Part shown: one piece after another, positions 22,901-32,760 of the stretch
Numbering within the stretch: the stretch's first letter is position 1
How the letters are laid out: each line of letters starts with the position of its first letter
NCBI GenBank assembly: GCA_000320545.1
Contig: ADNK01000515.1
Coordinates: forward strand, 1-62,091
DNA: 62,091 nt
DNA from: Bigelowiella natans CCMP2755
Taxonomy: Eukaryota > Protista > Cercozoa
Direction: 5' to 3'
The notes under the pieces: model-generated
What the model saw: the letters and a program-made list of their open reading frames with translations, nothing else
What the model was told of the DNA's origin: nothing
Database searches by the model: none
Position numbers and translations under genes: made by a program

Positions 22901-24887
22901 TCTTCCGTAGCTCGGTAGGTGTAGGTAGCTTGTTGTCCGCTAGGTCCATAAACTCTAACGCATTAACGCTTGACTCAGAGGTCCACTCGTCAAGCCGTAT
23001 CATGTTCTGGCTGATGGTCCTGCCTGACTTCTTTGGCAACTTAGCAAAGTATATCTTGTGATTGTAGAATGATATGATCCCCCCTAATTTTTCTAGGGCA
23101 TCCTGTCCGAGGAGTAGTTCCATGGATAAAGTCATGGCTACTCGGGTCTTGATTTGGGTCTCCGCGTCGCTGCCAGGTATCTGTAGCTTTAGCATTAGCT
23201 CACCGACGGTCTTCATGGAAGAGCTTCCGTCTGCTTGAGCATATTTACGTTCTTTCTTAGTCACTTGATCCAATAGTCCTAACCTTCTTACTGTGCTTAG
23301 GCTTATGAAGGACTTCGGCATGCTGCCACTATCCCAAAGGGCAGGTAGTTTCTTGTAGTCTCCGTAGCTGTCTTTAACTTTAACCTTGGTCATAGCAACT
23401 TTGATAGTCCTGTTAGCGTCTTCGTCATTAATGTTGCATACTCCTAAGTTCTTTATGTCGTCTAGGGTCATGGGCTTGTCTTGGTCCTGCGTTGCTGGTA
23501 CTGCTGTCTTCGTCGGCGCCTGCTTAAGGTGATCTAATATTCCGTTTATCTGCTGCTGTATAGCATTGATACTGTTCTGCTTTTTGTTCTTATATTTATT
23601 GTTCTTCCCGTTGTTGCTGCCTTGCCATTTGCTGTTGTTATATCCTTGTCCTCTGCCTTTCTTTCTCTTTAACTTCTCGTAGTGTTCGTTGAGCTGCCTG
23701 ATCGTCATCCTGGGTCGTCCTTCTTTCCTGTCTCTGCAGTCTTTAGCGGTGTGTTTCCCTTTACGTGAGCAGTATCCGCAACGTCGGTTACCTTCCCTGT
23801 CCTTGTACCAGTCTCGCTGCGGCTTAATAGCGTTAATGTTTCCTATGCCAGGTACCTTAGGGCTGGTAAACTTGCGGTCCTGCTCCTGCTCGCGTAGGGA
23901 TATAGCCTGCACTGCTGCCTCCATCGTGGTGTAGCCTTTCTCCGTAACGTAAGTGGATTCCTTTATCTTTAACTTGAACTCTTCAAACCTTGCCTGATCA
24001 TCACCTGTGTTGTAATTAAAATCATGTAGTTCGTCGATCATATCCTGGAAGCGCGTGGCAAAGTCTCTAACAGGTTCTCTCTCATGCTGCATCATTGCTC
24101 TGTATTTTCTAATAGCCTGGGGTAGGGAGTTAGCATCCTGTTCATTTACAAAAGCCTTCATTATCGCCTCAACGTCTCGTAGCCCACTAACTGTAGTGTG
24201 TATTTTCTCTAGCTGCCTGATCCGGGTCCTGCCTGTCTCGTAAAGGTCCATGGCTTGCTTTATTATAGCTAGCCATTTGAGCTTGTCGTTTTCGGTGGGG
24301 TTAGGGGTAAAGTCGCAGAGTATACTCCTAGCGTTCTTCCACCACCTCCTTGCCTCACCTCTTTTCCCGTTGTATTTCGTTATCATAACCGGTGCTGTTT
24401 TAACAGACATGAACTGGGTGTTCCGCTGTACCGGCTGCTGCTGCTTGACGGTGCTCTGGGTCGTCCCCCGCGAGGCGCCCAGACCCCCGTCGTTCCTAAA
24501 CAAAGCTGCCCACTCTGGAGGTAAGTCTGCTTCGTAATCCATGATGTCCTGCATGATAGCTGCCCAAACATCATGTGTCTGATACTTGTATTCTATCGAT
24601 ACTTTCAGTTTGGCGTAGTTGCTCGCCCTGGGTCGCAAGGCTCGTAATGCCATTACGACCTTCTTGCTTTCGGCGGCCACGTCCTCGTCGTCCGCCTCGT
24701 AGAAGTTCTCCAGTGCCTCTGCTGCTGCATCTGCTTTCTTAATCCCGGGTGCTGGTCCCGGCGGTGCCTGTGGAGGTGTTCCTCCTCCTTCCTTAGCGTC
24801 CGTATCGCCCTTCCTTTCCTGTTTCTGCTCGTGCCCTTGCACGGCCTGCGAGCCAAAGTCCTGCTGTTCTTCTAGCTGCTGTGACAT
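19914..24887 (-). CDS. Gag-Pol polyprotein, 1657 aa, single frame
   Basis: Zn knuckle CGYC..H..C, protease LWDSGS, RT YVDD, RNase H WTDWS/TDHKPL, integrase HHCC and QIDV..VDN..VER, SH3-like DPFWGG..RHISHLK, then an extra domain of about 125 aa. Confidence 0.97.
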   Translation of the reverse strand: MSQQLEEQQDFGSQAVQGHEQKQERKGDTDAKEGGGTPPQAPPGPAPGIKKADAAAEALENFYEADDEDVAAESKKVVMALRALRPRASNYAKLKVSIEYKYQTHDVWAAIMQDIMDYEADLPPEWAALFRNDGGLGASRGTTQSTVKQQQPVQRNTQFMSVKTAPVMITKYNGKRGEARRWWKNARSILCDFTPNPTENDKLKWLAIIKQAMDLYETGRTRIRQLEKIHTTVSGLRDVEAIMKAFVNEQDANSLPQAIRKYRAMMQHEREPVRDFATRFQDMIDELHDFNYNTGDDQARFEEFKLKIKESTYVTEKGYTTMEAAVQAISLREQEQDRKFTSPKVPGIGNINAIKPQRDWYKDREGNRRCGYCSRKGKHTAKDCRDRKEGRPRMTIRQLNEHYEKLKRKKGRGQGYNNSKWQGSNNGKNNKYKNKKQNSINAIQQQINGILDHLKQAPTKTAVPATQDQDKPMTLDDIKNLGVCNINDEDANRTIKVAMTKVKVKDSYGDYKKLPALWDSGSMPKSFISLSTVRRLGLLDQVTKKERKYAQADGSSSMKTVGELMLKLQIPGSDAETQIKTRVAMTLSMELLLGQDALEKLGGIISFYNHKIYFAKLPKKSGRTISQNMIRLDEWTSESSVNALEFMDLADNKLPTPTELRKKNPGKTIRQITELLDKTPPADDWDIDKGKKYINKILNEKYSDITKPTTKPSSKLTPVKIELKKGYEECIINDPEHRRPEADWEKIEWQINEWAKEGKIEPSNSPWNVRHVLAKKPTYPFFRLAHNFIRHNRVIKRIQTPTPRIDDVIEHVIGYKYYSSLDKNESYMQTPIHKTSRPITAFSSRHRKWHFVVFPYGLSISGDAFSSQNYRAYTHDGMASVLWVFVFVYVDDDIICTNTVVAQIFLLENIFIRFAHFGFTIRLQKCTFLATRIKWCGYYLEQGRITPNPEKVAALQQAPKPKNAKELKSFLQTAAWILRRFSPTYARTAAAFTTAYRKENSVGLSFAKVWAKAGLDAHFDNLIKLCSNTLLNAKLDTTRPATLWTDWSKLGMAAVLTQDQQIIRVWGRACTAAEAKYSPTKGEYKAMTEAQRKLRYYLLSVPSFTLMTDHKPLLGIDRKLEAPNDEYAAMRADTEEFRDKRTVVYAPGDKQLADYFSRLFEKKVPTQVTPMVNAITFEDGDFLPEPEELQHLQEHLDKYKHKHEVLSDRIYVYTNNVRRTYVPRRTRGALLFTAHGPAHVGENHITALLYHYYWPYKLKEIRTYLRGCRCSSLKAAGVATKESSKSRASKKIKARNFLDIVQIDVYKYDGYHYLTFVDVATGKCWVKKIIKVNVAKKNKGLYKQRLTNCYRTWESELQAIPDEVSINKIPKKLHVDNETSLLQLPHPNIDASPVYYAQSNSKVERLHRTLANLSRINSTTPDKIQGLVNDTFTSGGGIKDKEREEGDDNDDDTESEDEKVPYDGRVLKEGQYVRAKVNLRSRNKQDPFWGGVAKVTERKGRKQYYIYDGNRVTLRHISHLKNYDIGEKLLEDVKVNPTVWERAMPCLGPRPKFDVEYGNNKVRVNDDWRMKIVYLGYPGLRNMERVAMKIKDGKYQLLYLAVPDLPFEHWYKVLGDLDAEGWYGHEPKDEGEFWVSDKGDKVREESITWWLVKFRKR

Positions 24888-24903
24888 TGTTAGTCAAATC
24901 GTT

Positions 24904-24921
24904 TCCCGTGTGTGGAAGCCA
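24904..24921 (-). other. Primer binding site
   Basis: Minus-strand TGGCTTCCACACACGGGA lies 5 nt inside the 5' LTR and is complementary to a tRNA-like 3' end ...GGAAG-CCA. The primer identity is not established. Confidence 0.7.
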
Positions 24922-24926
24922 AAGGT

Positions 24927-25252
24927 TGTTGCGCGTAAGGTGTTCACAGGCCGAGGCGCTACGTGCACAAGTAGGCAGGGGGGGGGAAAGGCACGTTTGC
25001 TTCCTTTTGAAGAGTTGTGTTTATTTTTATTAAAGATTATATTTTTATTAAATCGTGCACTGCGTAATCATTCGCGAAGCTTTCGCGAATGCCGCCGCAC
25101 GTGGGGCAGCACACTTCCGGTGTGCTGCCATGAGTCCCGCCGGAACCCACGTGCCTATGCTGTATTAATATCTACGTTATCTATATTCTATATCCGCGAC
25201 AACCCCTTTGTTGTCGCACGTGACTTGTGCCCGCGTAGTGGTACGCGCTACA
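24927..25252 (-). repeat. 5' LTR
   Basis: Direct repeat of 19537-19862. Confidence 0.97.
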
Positions 25253-26262
25253 ACTCCGGTAAACCTGCAACGAGTGGCATGACCTCTCAATTGAGAGCAA
25301 TTTTTGCGTGCGTGTGCTGAAATTTCACAATGACATGAAGCTAGTGTGCGCACCGAGCACACCCTCATGAGCTTGCAAAACTTGTGGCACAGCAAGTGCA
25401 ACTGCGCTAGCTGTGGCTGTTTCAGAAGTGGTGAGCATTCTGCAATTTGCGCGCCCGCTAGCTGCCAGGGGTTGAAAAGTGAGGTTTTGAAGCTGAAATT
25501 CGAAAAAAAATCAAATTTGAACTTCAAACAGGCTCCAGTGTGCTTCCAATGTCCAATTGCAACGATTGAGCGCGCCAGACTGCGCGCGCGCAAAGCATGG
25601 TTTGTGCAAACCCCATTCGCACGTTGCAGGCGGGTTTGACGGCGGAGTTGTGGCGCGCATAGTCTCACGTGCCAGCGTGGCACGTGGCACACCAGACATC
25701 GTTCAGTGCACACGACAGAACCACAACTGCACAGGGTTGAGCGTGTGCAGCAAATGAGCCACCACGTCTGATCAAAGTTTGAAAAAAAATCGTGAGCGCC
25801 GGAAAAGTTCGTGTTCGGTTCGTTCGATGCGCGCTAGCGCGGTTTGCACGTTCACGTTCGCGTCGGAATTCAATGTTTGAAAGCGAACAAACGAACAAAC
25901 TTCCGCAAGCCTTCAGCTCCATGCGCAGGTTGGACCAAGCTAGAAAGTGTGCGGAAAGGAGTGAACGAATCGCTTGCATTGCGATGCCGCGTGCAAAGTT
26001 TGGCCCCAAAATCTCCATGATTTGCCAAACTTGCATGCTTCATGGTTCAATCAGACTTTCTAGCTTTTGGAGACTGGGCTTCCAGCAACTTTTGCAGCTT
26101 GCAAAGTGCGAAACACGCAGTGCCTCGAACCAAGCTCAATGAAACAATGAACAATGATGACAAACTGCACTTCCAAAAGTGGACGGAGTGGATTTGAAAC
26201 AAAACAATGAAACAATGATGAAAAACTACATTTCCAAAGTGTTGCAAGACACTTGCAGCGTG

Positions 26263-26460
26263 CAAAATGCAGTGCCTCGAACTGGTTTCAGTGAGGACTG
26301 TGACTAGCAAATCAACTAGCTGGTTTGCCAAAATGGCATGACTTGGTCATTGAGAAGCAATGACATTAGCAGCAAAGTTCTGAATGCCATTTTGAAAAAT
26401 CAGCTAGTTGATTTGCTAGTCACAGTCCTCACTGAAACCAGTTCGAGGCACTGCATTTTG
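26263..26460. repeat. Long inverted repeat: 77-bp arms, 44-bp spacer
   Basis: 26263-26339 is the reverse complement of 26384-26460, with 3 mismatches near the spacer. Confidence 0.93.
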
Positions 26461-26821
26461 ACAAGTGGCATTCTGGGCGACTGACAACCGGGAAAGAAAG
26501 ATCTTTGAAACATCTGGAGAAGGGATGGGTTTCACACAAAGCGACAAATGCATGTGTGAAACTGAACCTGAATCCCTTCACGAGTGCAGACTTGTAGGAT
26601 GTTTACCGGGAAATTTCGCATTATTTAAGGATCGCTTTGGATCTCGCCCGGTTCAACATCGTTGACATCATCTCTGGTCACATCTACGAGAGCTTGACGT
26701 TGGTTGACGTTTCCTGAGGAGGATTCACTCGAGGCTCTCTGGAAATATGCCAAAACTCGGTCCAGACGGCAGAAATCGAACTCCACTTGTCCGAAGGAAA
26801 ACAAGCAAAGCAGTTCACACC

Positions 26822-27364
26822 ATGGGATTGTCATTTAGCCAATTTTGGAAACGCATGTTCTGCCAGCAGAGTGTGAGGATTCTCATGGTTGGTCTGGATG
26901 CTGCAGGGAAGACTACTGTCCTCTACAAGCTCAAGCTGGGCGAAGTTGTGACTACCATTCCTACTATCGGCTTCAATGTAGAGACAGTTGAATACAAGAA
27001 CGTCAACTTCACCGTTTGGGACGTTGGTGGACAGGACAAAATCCGCCCTCTTTGGCGTCATTACTACCAAAATACTCAGGGAATCATTTTCGTAGTAGAC
27101 TCCAATGACAAGGAGCGTCTGGCCATGGCGAAGGAAGAGCTCGATAAAATGCTGGCAGAGGATGAACTACGTGATGCTGTCGTCCTTGTGTTTGCAAATA
27201 AACAAGATCTTCCTCACGCTCTCAAAGTGGAAAACATAATAGAGTCTCTAGGACTTGACAAGATGCGCCGACAATGGTTTGTGCAGGGAACCTGCGCAAC
27301 TTCTGGTGACGGTCTTTACGAAGGTCTTGACTGGCTCACTAACATTTTGTCTAGGAAGAAGTAA
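26822..27364 (+). CDS. ARF: ADP-ribosylation factor GTPase (ARF1-like), 180 aa, intronless
   Basis: MG myristoylation start, [51 protein letters not shown]. Confidence 0.96.
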   Translation: MGLSFSQFWKRMFCQQSVRILMVGLDAAGKTTVLYKLKLGEVVTTIPTIGFNVETVEYKNVNFTVWDVGGQDKIRPLWRHYYQNTQGIIFVVDSNDKERLAMAKEELDKMLAEDELRDAVVLVFANKQDLPHALKVENIIESLGLDKMRRQWFVQGTCATSGDGLYEGLDWLTNILSRKK

Positions 27365-28534
27365 AATCATCTCTTCCTATTTTCAAGGGAGCAATGAATG
27401 AAGCCACCTGTCAAATGAGACTCCCCTTTCAACTCGACTATTGAACCTCCGCACCAAAATAGATCAAATGTCGTTTGTGTACAGATGCGATGCACAGAAG
27501 CACATCTCCAAATGTATGAAAACTTGTTAATAATTTGTAAATGCTAGATTTTTCTATGAACCATTTTGTGACATTCAATTTATTGCGTGCACAAGCGGAA
27601 CGCTTTTCAGCTCATTGTTGCCACGCCACAGTTTCTAGAGCTTCTTAAGTTCCTTGTAACTAGCACTTGCTAATGATTACAGCTCTTTCTTCCTAGAGGA
27701 TCGAGTTTACTCATTTTAATATGCACATACGACAGAGAATATTCATCTCATTGCACTTTGGCGTGAACTACAGACAGCTGTCTGGATCGATGTGCACATG
27801 CATGGATACGCGTAGCTAACGCACGTGATATGTACACGGCGGCGCCGACGACTATGGCACTGCAGCAAGCAAGCTAGCTAGACACATCGCACGTATATGT
27901 GTGATGCTACTGCGCTTGTCACACCATGCATGGCTGTGCACAGAGATATACGACGTGTGTATACATATGCATAGCTCAGATTACGAAACCAATTGAATGC
28001 CATCATGATCGAATCAAAACGATGAGACGAAGCGACTGACTAAAGCTGAAATAGAGGCACGGACCGCTGCGCGTACCGCACGACATCGACGACAGGATGT
28101 GGATGCTTTTAAATGCATGAAACACATGATAGACGGTTATGTCGCATATGTGATGTGCACAGCCATGCATGCATCATGCACACATGCGTACCGTGAGCAT
28201 CATACATGCATGACGTATGCACCTGCTACTGAGTGAAGTTCATGATGCTATAATATGATAATGATAATCTAAATAACCTAAACAAAGGAACAAAGTGTGA
28301 CACTCTACAGACCAGCATTTTTGCACTACTAACGATGTTGTGCTACACCACATACATCTATGGCATGCCATCGAAGACGAACTACAGTCATCCCACATAA
28401 ATTACGAAAACCACAATTGGAACGAATAATTTTGTGTAGGAGATGAGCGATGAACTTAATTATTCAATCATTACTAAAGAAAAGGGTTTCCACCACCTCA
28501 GCTACGAAGGCACGGTATTAATGTAACTGTCCAG

Positions 28535-30601
28535 CTAATAGAAGTTGTTGTCATTGCTTTCTGGTGCGGGTATCACATCACTGAAACACCAGGCAATGTA
28601 CACTAGAAATGGCAGGAATCTAATGAAAGGCACAATTATCGGAGAATATTTGGCACAGTGTGATTTTATCGCTGTCGCAGTTCGTGTTACTTGTTCTGTT
28701 GTTATCATCTTTGACGACGACGGCAACGAGTTATCTCCACAATCAGCTCTATGGCATGTTTTGTTTGCAACGCCTGCGTTTCCTTCGACCTTTCGTTCCG
28801 TATTTTCTACACATTGTTGTTGGTTTGGATTTTTGATGGATGCAAGTGCTGCCATGATGTTGCTGCTGCTCGTTCCTGGCTGCCCTTCATCGTCATCATC
28901 GTTATCGTCTTCTTCACAACCGAAAACTTCTTCCTCATTATTCCCCGCTACAATGTTATCCTCATCACCATCACTATCTTGATCACCACCAAAAACTTCT
29001 TCCTCATAATTTCCAGCTACCATTTCTCCGCTTTCACAAACGTCATCTCCACCAAAAACTTCTTCCTCGCCATTCCCTGCAGCCATTTTACCTTCACTGA
29101 TTTCTTTATCCCTCTTCATCTGTCCCATCTTCTGATCCCAGAGTTCTCTTTTCAGTCTCTCCACCTCACTTTCAAGTTTGGCTACTTTATCCGTCAAGAA
29201 CTTTGACTCGCTTCGGAGTTGATTGATTCGCCAATGCAGCAAGTCTCCCTCCTCAAATTGCAGACGCTTGTCCGCTCGGGATGAGCTCCTCTCCTTGGAG
29301 TTGTGCCTCCTATCACGTCTACTAAGAATGCCCTTCAGCTCTTTGTTCTGCTGTGGTGGATGATAACGACAATGAAAGAGTCTCGAATTCTCCGGAGCGT
29401 CGTCGTTATTATCGTCATCGTCGTTGGTTTGGTGCCGTGAACTATTCATGACGGAGGGGCTGATGAGGTCAGGTGGAATGTAGCTTCTCTTCGATGACCG
29501 AAAGTCCTTAAATCTCTCCTTATCCTCAACGAGTTCGTTCTGAAAATGCTCGATGGTTTCAGAGCCCCACTCTGTCAACATCGCCCATGTCACGCCATCC
29601 TTCACCAGTTGAAACGCCTCACGCGCCCCAATTTGATTCCTCGCTATGTAGTATGCTGTAAGCATTATCGTAACTTTCTCGGGGCTTCCTACTATCAACA
29701 GCCGACCCTTCATAGTACACGCGTTGGTGTTCTGTTCCCCCCCTCCTTCTTTCTTGTTTTTCCACTTGAAGTTCTCTTCCGTGGGGATAAAAGATTCTGC
29801 TAGCATCACTCTGCCCCTGAACTCGACGTGCCCGCTATTCCTCTCTAGATCGAGCCGTAGGACGTCAGGGCAGGCTCCGGAGTGAAACATAATCTTTGGA
29901 GACAGCAGCAAAACGTGTGAGATACGCTGCTCGTCGATAAAATTGCCGCTCTGAACAGCTTCGGGCTGAGCCACGTAGAAGCCTTCGCTAAGCTCACAAA
30001 TCTCCATGACCTTCTCCTCGTTAATGGAAGCGCGATCGGGGAGCTCGAAGTATCTTCGCACGAAGTTGTCCACAAGTTGCCAGGAATCAGGCTCAACAGT
30101 CAGCTGCTGCTCTTGGAGCAGCTGGCGCATGAGCTCGATCCTTCGGCATCCACGCCTCAGCATTGTGTAAGTCACCACAAACGTATCGAGAGCTTTCGAG
30201 CTGTCGCTGCTTGGAGACCAAAATAGGATCCTCCCCCCTACTTTCTTTCTGCCACCATTATTTTTGCTGCTGCTACCAGCACTACCTAAGACTTTCTCGA
30301 GGGAAAGGAAGCCGTCTTTCTTCAAAAGAGAGACTGCGACGTGCTTCACGTCGTCGCCAATGGGAGAAGAAGGGAGGGGGTGCTCCTCCGTAGTGGCAAT
30401 GCATGTAATGCTGAGATCGGTGAGAAATTCCGTCTGCTTTGACAATAGATCCTTATTTTTAGAATAGTAGAGCACGCCTGGCAGGAGCTCAAGCGGATAC
30501 CACGACATATGGCGCTTAAATGTCCGTTTTGTTGGGGCTGGTCCAACGAGGAAAGGATACCTAAAGGCCAAAATATCTGTATATGAAAGTAATATATAAT
30601 G

Positions 30602-30638
<37 letters not shown>

Positions 30639-30639
30639 G

Positions 30640-30684
<45 letters not shown>

Positions 30685-31923
30685 CACAAACATGAAGTCT
30701 GCATCTTCTTATCTTTTGTTACTGGCTATCGACATAATTTTCACCCTATTTATCCCCAAGAGGAGAACCCATACTGCAAGGAAGGGGGAACCGGAATACT
30801 ACTCTACTCTCGCATTTCGCATTTTCTTCCTCCTTCTTCTTCATCAACATGATATTATCAGCTCTCGTTACCTACGTTACCTAGTTTCGAAGTCTTGGAA
30901 CGGATCGTTTAGGATGTACAGGTGTCCCTTAGCTCCTAGCTGTAGCAGGTTGTCCTTTAATGGAAGTAGAAGCTTCTTGGAGTCTCCGTAAATAATCATC
31001 GATCTCTTCTTCCACTGTCGCCACGACAGCTTCAGAGCCCGGTCCGTTATTTTTTGGTACTCCTGGCTCGGATCGAGGATATTCGGATTCTCTGGCAAGA
31101 TAGGCATGTTGACAGTTTCATTAAAGCCGAGAGTGTCCTTGCGAAGATGTCCCGCTCTGAACTGCTCAGGAGACCTCGTATCCATGACCAGCATTTTTGT
31201 AGATCGGATCATCGCCTGCGGATCGCGAGTCTTTCCGATCAAGTTGTACAGTCCACTGCTCGATAGATACGTCACCATTTTGGATTCCTCTTGCATGGAC
31301 AGAGTCGCTGACATCATAGCGCTCATGACTTTATCTATGGTTCCTGCTGTGTTATCTTTTAACATGGCTATCTCGTACTCACTAAGGAGCTCCCATATTT
31401 TGCTTTTCGGCTTGGGCATTGCCTTTCCTCCGCCGATGATACCGCCCAGGGTGAGTAAAGTTCTGTACGCGTTCCAAAGCGTTGCATACTTGTGCTTCAT
31501 GTAGAAACATGCGAGCAACGATATGAGCGCTTCGGCCTCGTTCTCGGCAGGAAGCTCCACGTCGCTAACGATAAGCAGACATGGAGGGTTTCCGCCACCT
31601 ATTGAGCTACCACAGAAGTGAGAGCTATATTTCACAAGCACGTCATCTACAATAGTCTCAACGGATTTGCAGAAATAGGTAAAATTTCCCTCAATATTGA
31701 TGGCATGGGACGTTTCTACTGCCTTTTTCGACTCGCTGCTTCCGGAGGAGGAGGAGGAGGAGGAGGAGGAGGAGGAGGAGGAGGAGACAGAAGTAAGCCT
31801 TATCAGCCGAACCTTGTCTTCAACCAAGTCTGCAATCTCCTCAACAGCCTCAGAAGCCTGAGGCCTCCCACATACGTAGAACCTTTGTGGCTCAATGCAC
31901 ACAGCAGACCTTATGCGCTCCAT
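28535..31923 (-). CDS. Pseudo-DSP / rhodanese / two pseudo-DSP / coiled-coil / C-terminal TM protein (MK-STYX-like); at least 2 exons, 5' end uncertain
   Basis: ORFs 30877-31923 and 28535-30604 splice as FQDFETR|YPFL, a typical rhodanese end. Rhodanese: VMDTRSPEQFRAGHL..IIYGD. DSP-fold segments YPLELLPGVLYYS..GGRILFW and CELSEGFYV..GRLLIVG..TAYYI lack HCX5R. Hydrophobic tail. Confidence 0.65.
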
Positions 31924-32760
31924 TTCAGGTGGGGTGATGGTTGAGGAGGGTGAGTCGAGGTACTGTGTCCATCATCGGCTGGATTCTGCCGAAAAAATGT
32001 TCGTATTCTAGGAACTTTATCACATGATATTTCTTGCATATATTTTGACCCAAAACTAGATCTAGATCTTCGTTTAAGCTTGCATCTTTCGCTGTTCCTT
32101 CACATGCATGCACAGGAAACTACCACTTTTCTCTCCCTAATTTACCCGAAGGTAGTTGTCGACTGTATTTCGCGGCAAAAAGGAAGGCTTTTTCCTCGGT
32201 GATGCAAGGCTTTGAGTTGTCGCTCTTTAACTAACCTGATGCCTGCTGTCACATCCTTCTCGGGATGCTCTGGTAACGGCTGATATGCGTTTCCGATTTG
32301 CTGGTTTCTCTCAATCAACGCCTTCTTGCAGGAAACGCAAAGGAGGATGACTTTCATACGACCTTAGCTTTCTTATTGTCGTACGTAAGAAACCTAATCC
32401 ATTTGAGGAAGATGCGTCGGGCTTCTGTCCATTGCTGGTAGGTTGCCCCCCCCCTGAGGCTCGTCAAACTCGGTGGGCCACCTGCACAGCGGAAATCAAG
32501 GTGGGTGATTCGTCGAATTTTGGGAGTTGTGAGCTTCGTGGGAAGTGTCCATGTAGGATCGCATCTTCATGAGGCCAATATTCCAACTCACAGGAACAAA
32601 TTTGTTCGAAGCATGAATGTGTGCATGCGATCATATCCATTCGTTCCCCTCTTGTACCTCGAAAGAGCAACTGCAGCCACATGTATAAATAATTCCGACA
32701 CTTTTAATTTTTAATTCCTAGTCGCTGCCGCCGTCTCTCGAGCAGAAGGGCCTGGGCAGG

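Larger units (their letters stand above)
19537..25252 (-). mobile_element. Full-length Ty3/Gypsy LTR retrotransposon (5716 bp)
   Basis: Two 326-bp TG..CA LTRs that look identical by eye, 4-bp TSD ACTC (19533-19536 and 25253-25256), PBS, PPT, and an intact gag-pol in PR-RT-RH-IN order. Confidence 0.97.

Noticed and set aside
25177-26331. Several overlapping Cys/His/Ala-rich ORFs on both strands
   Set aside because: TpA loss removes TAA and most TAG stops, so frames stay open by composition; no domain motifs seen.
25262-26594. CpG deamination, fungal RIP or ADAR editing as the cause of the TG/CA excess
   Set aside because: CpG is plentiful here, RIP creates rather than removes TpA, and ADAR prefers UAG, which is the context that survives.
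26747-26821. 25-aa N-terminal extension of ARF in the ORF track
   Set aside because: ARFs need Gly2 for myristoylation, so ATG 26822 is the credible start.
31925-32700. Short minus-strand ORFs upstream of the pseudophosphatase (similar ones at 59750-60350)
   Set aside because: They may be 5' exons, but no reliable splice path or homology was visible.
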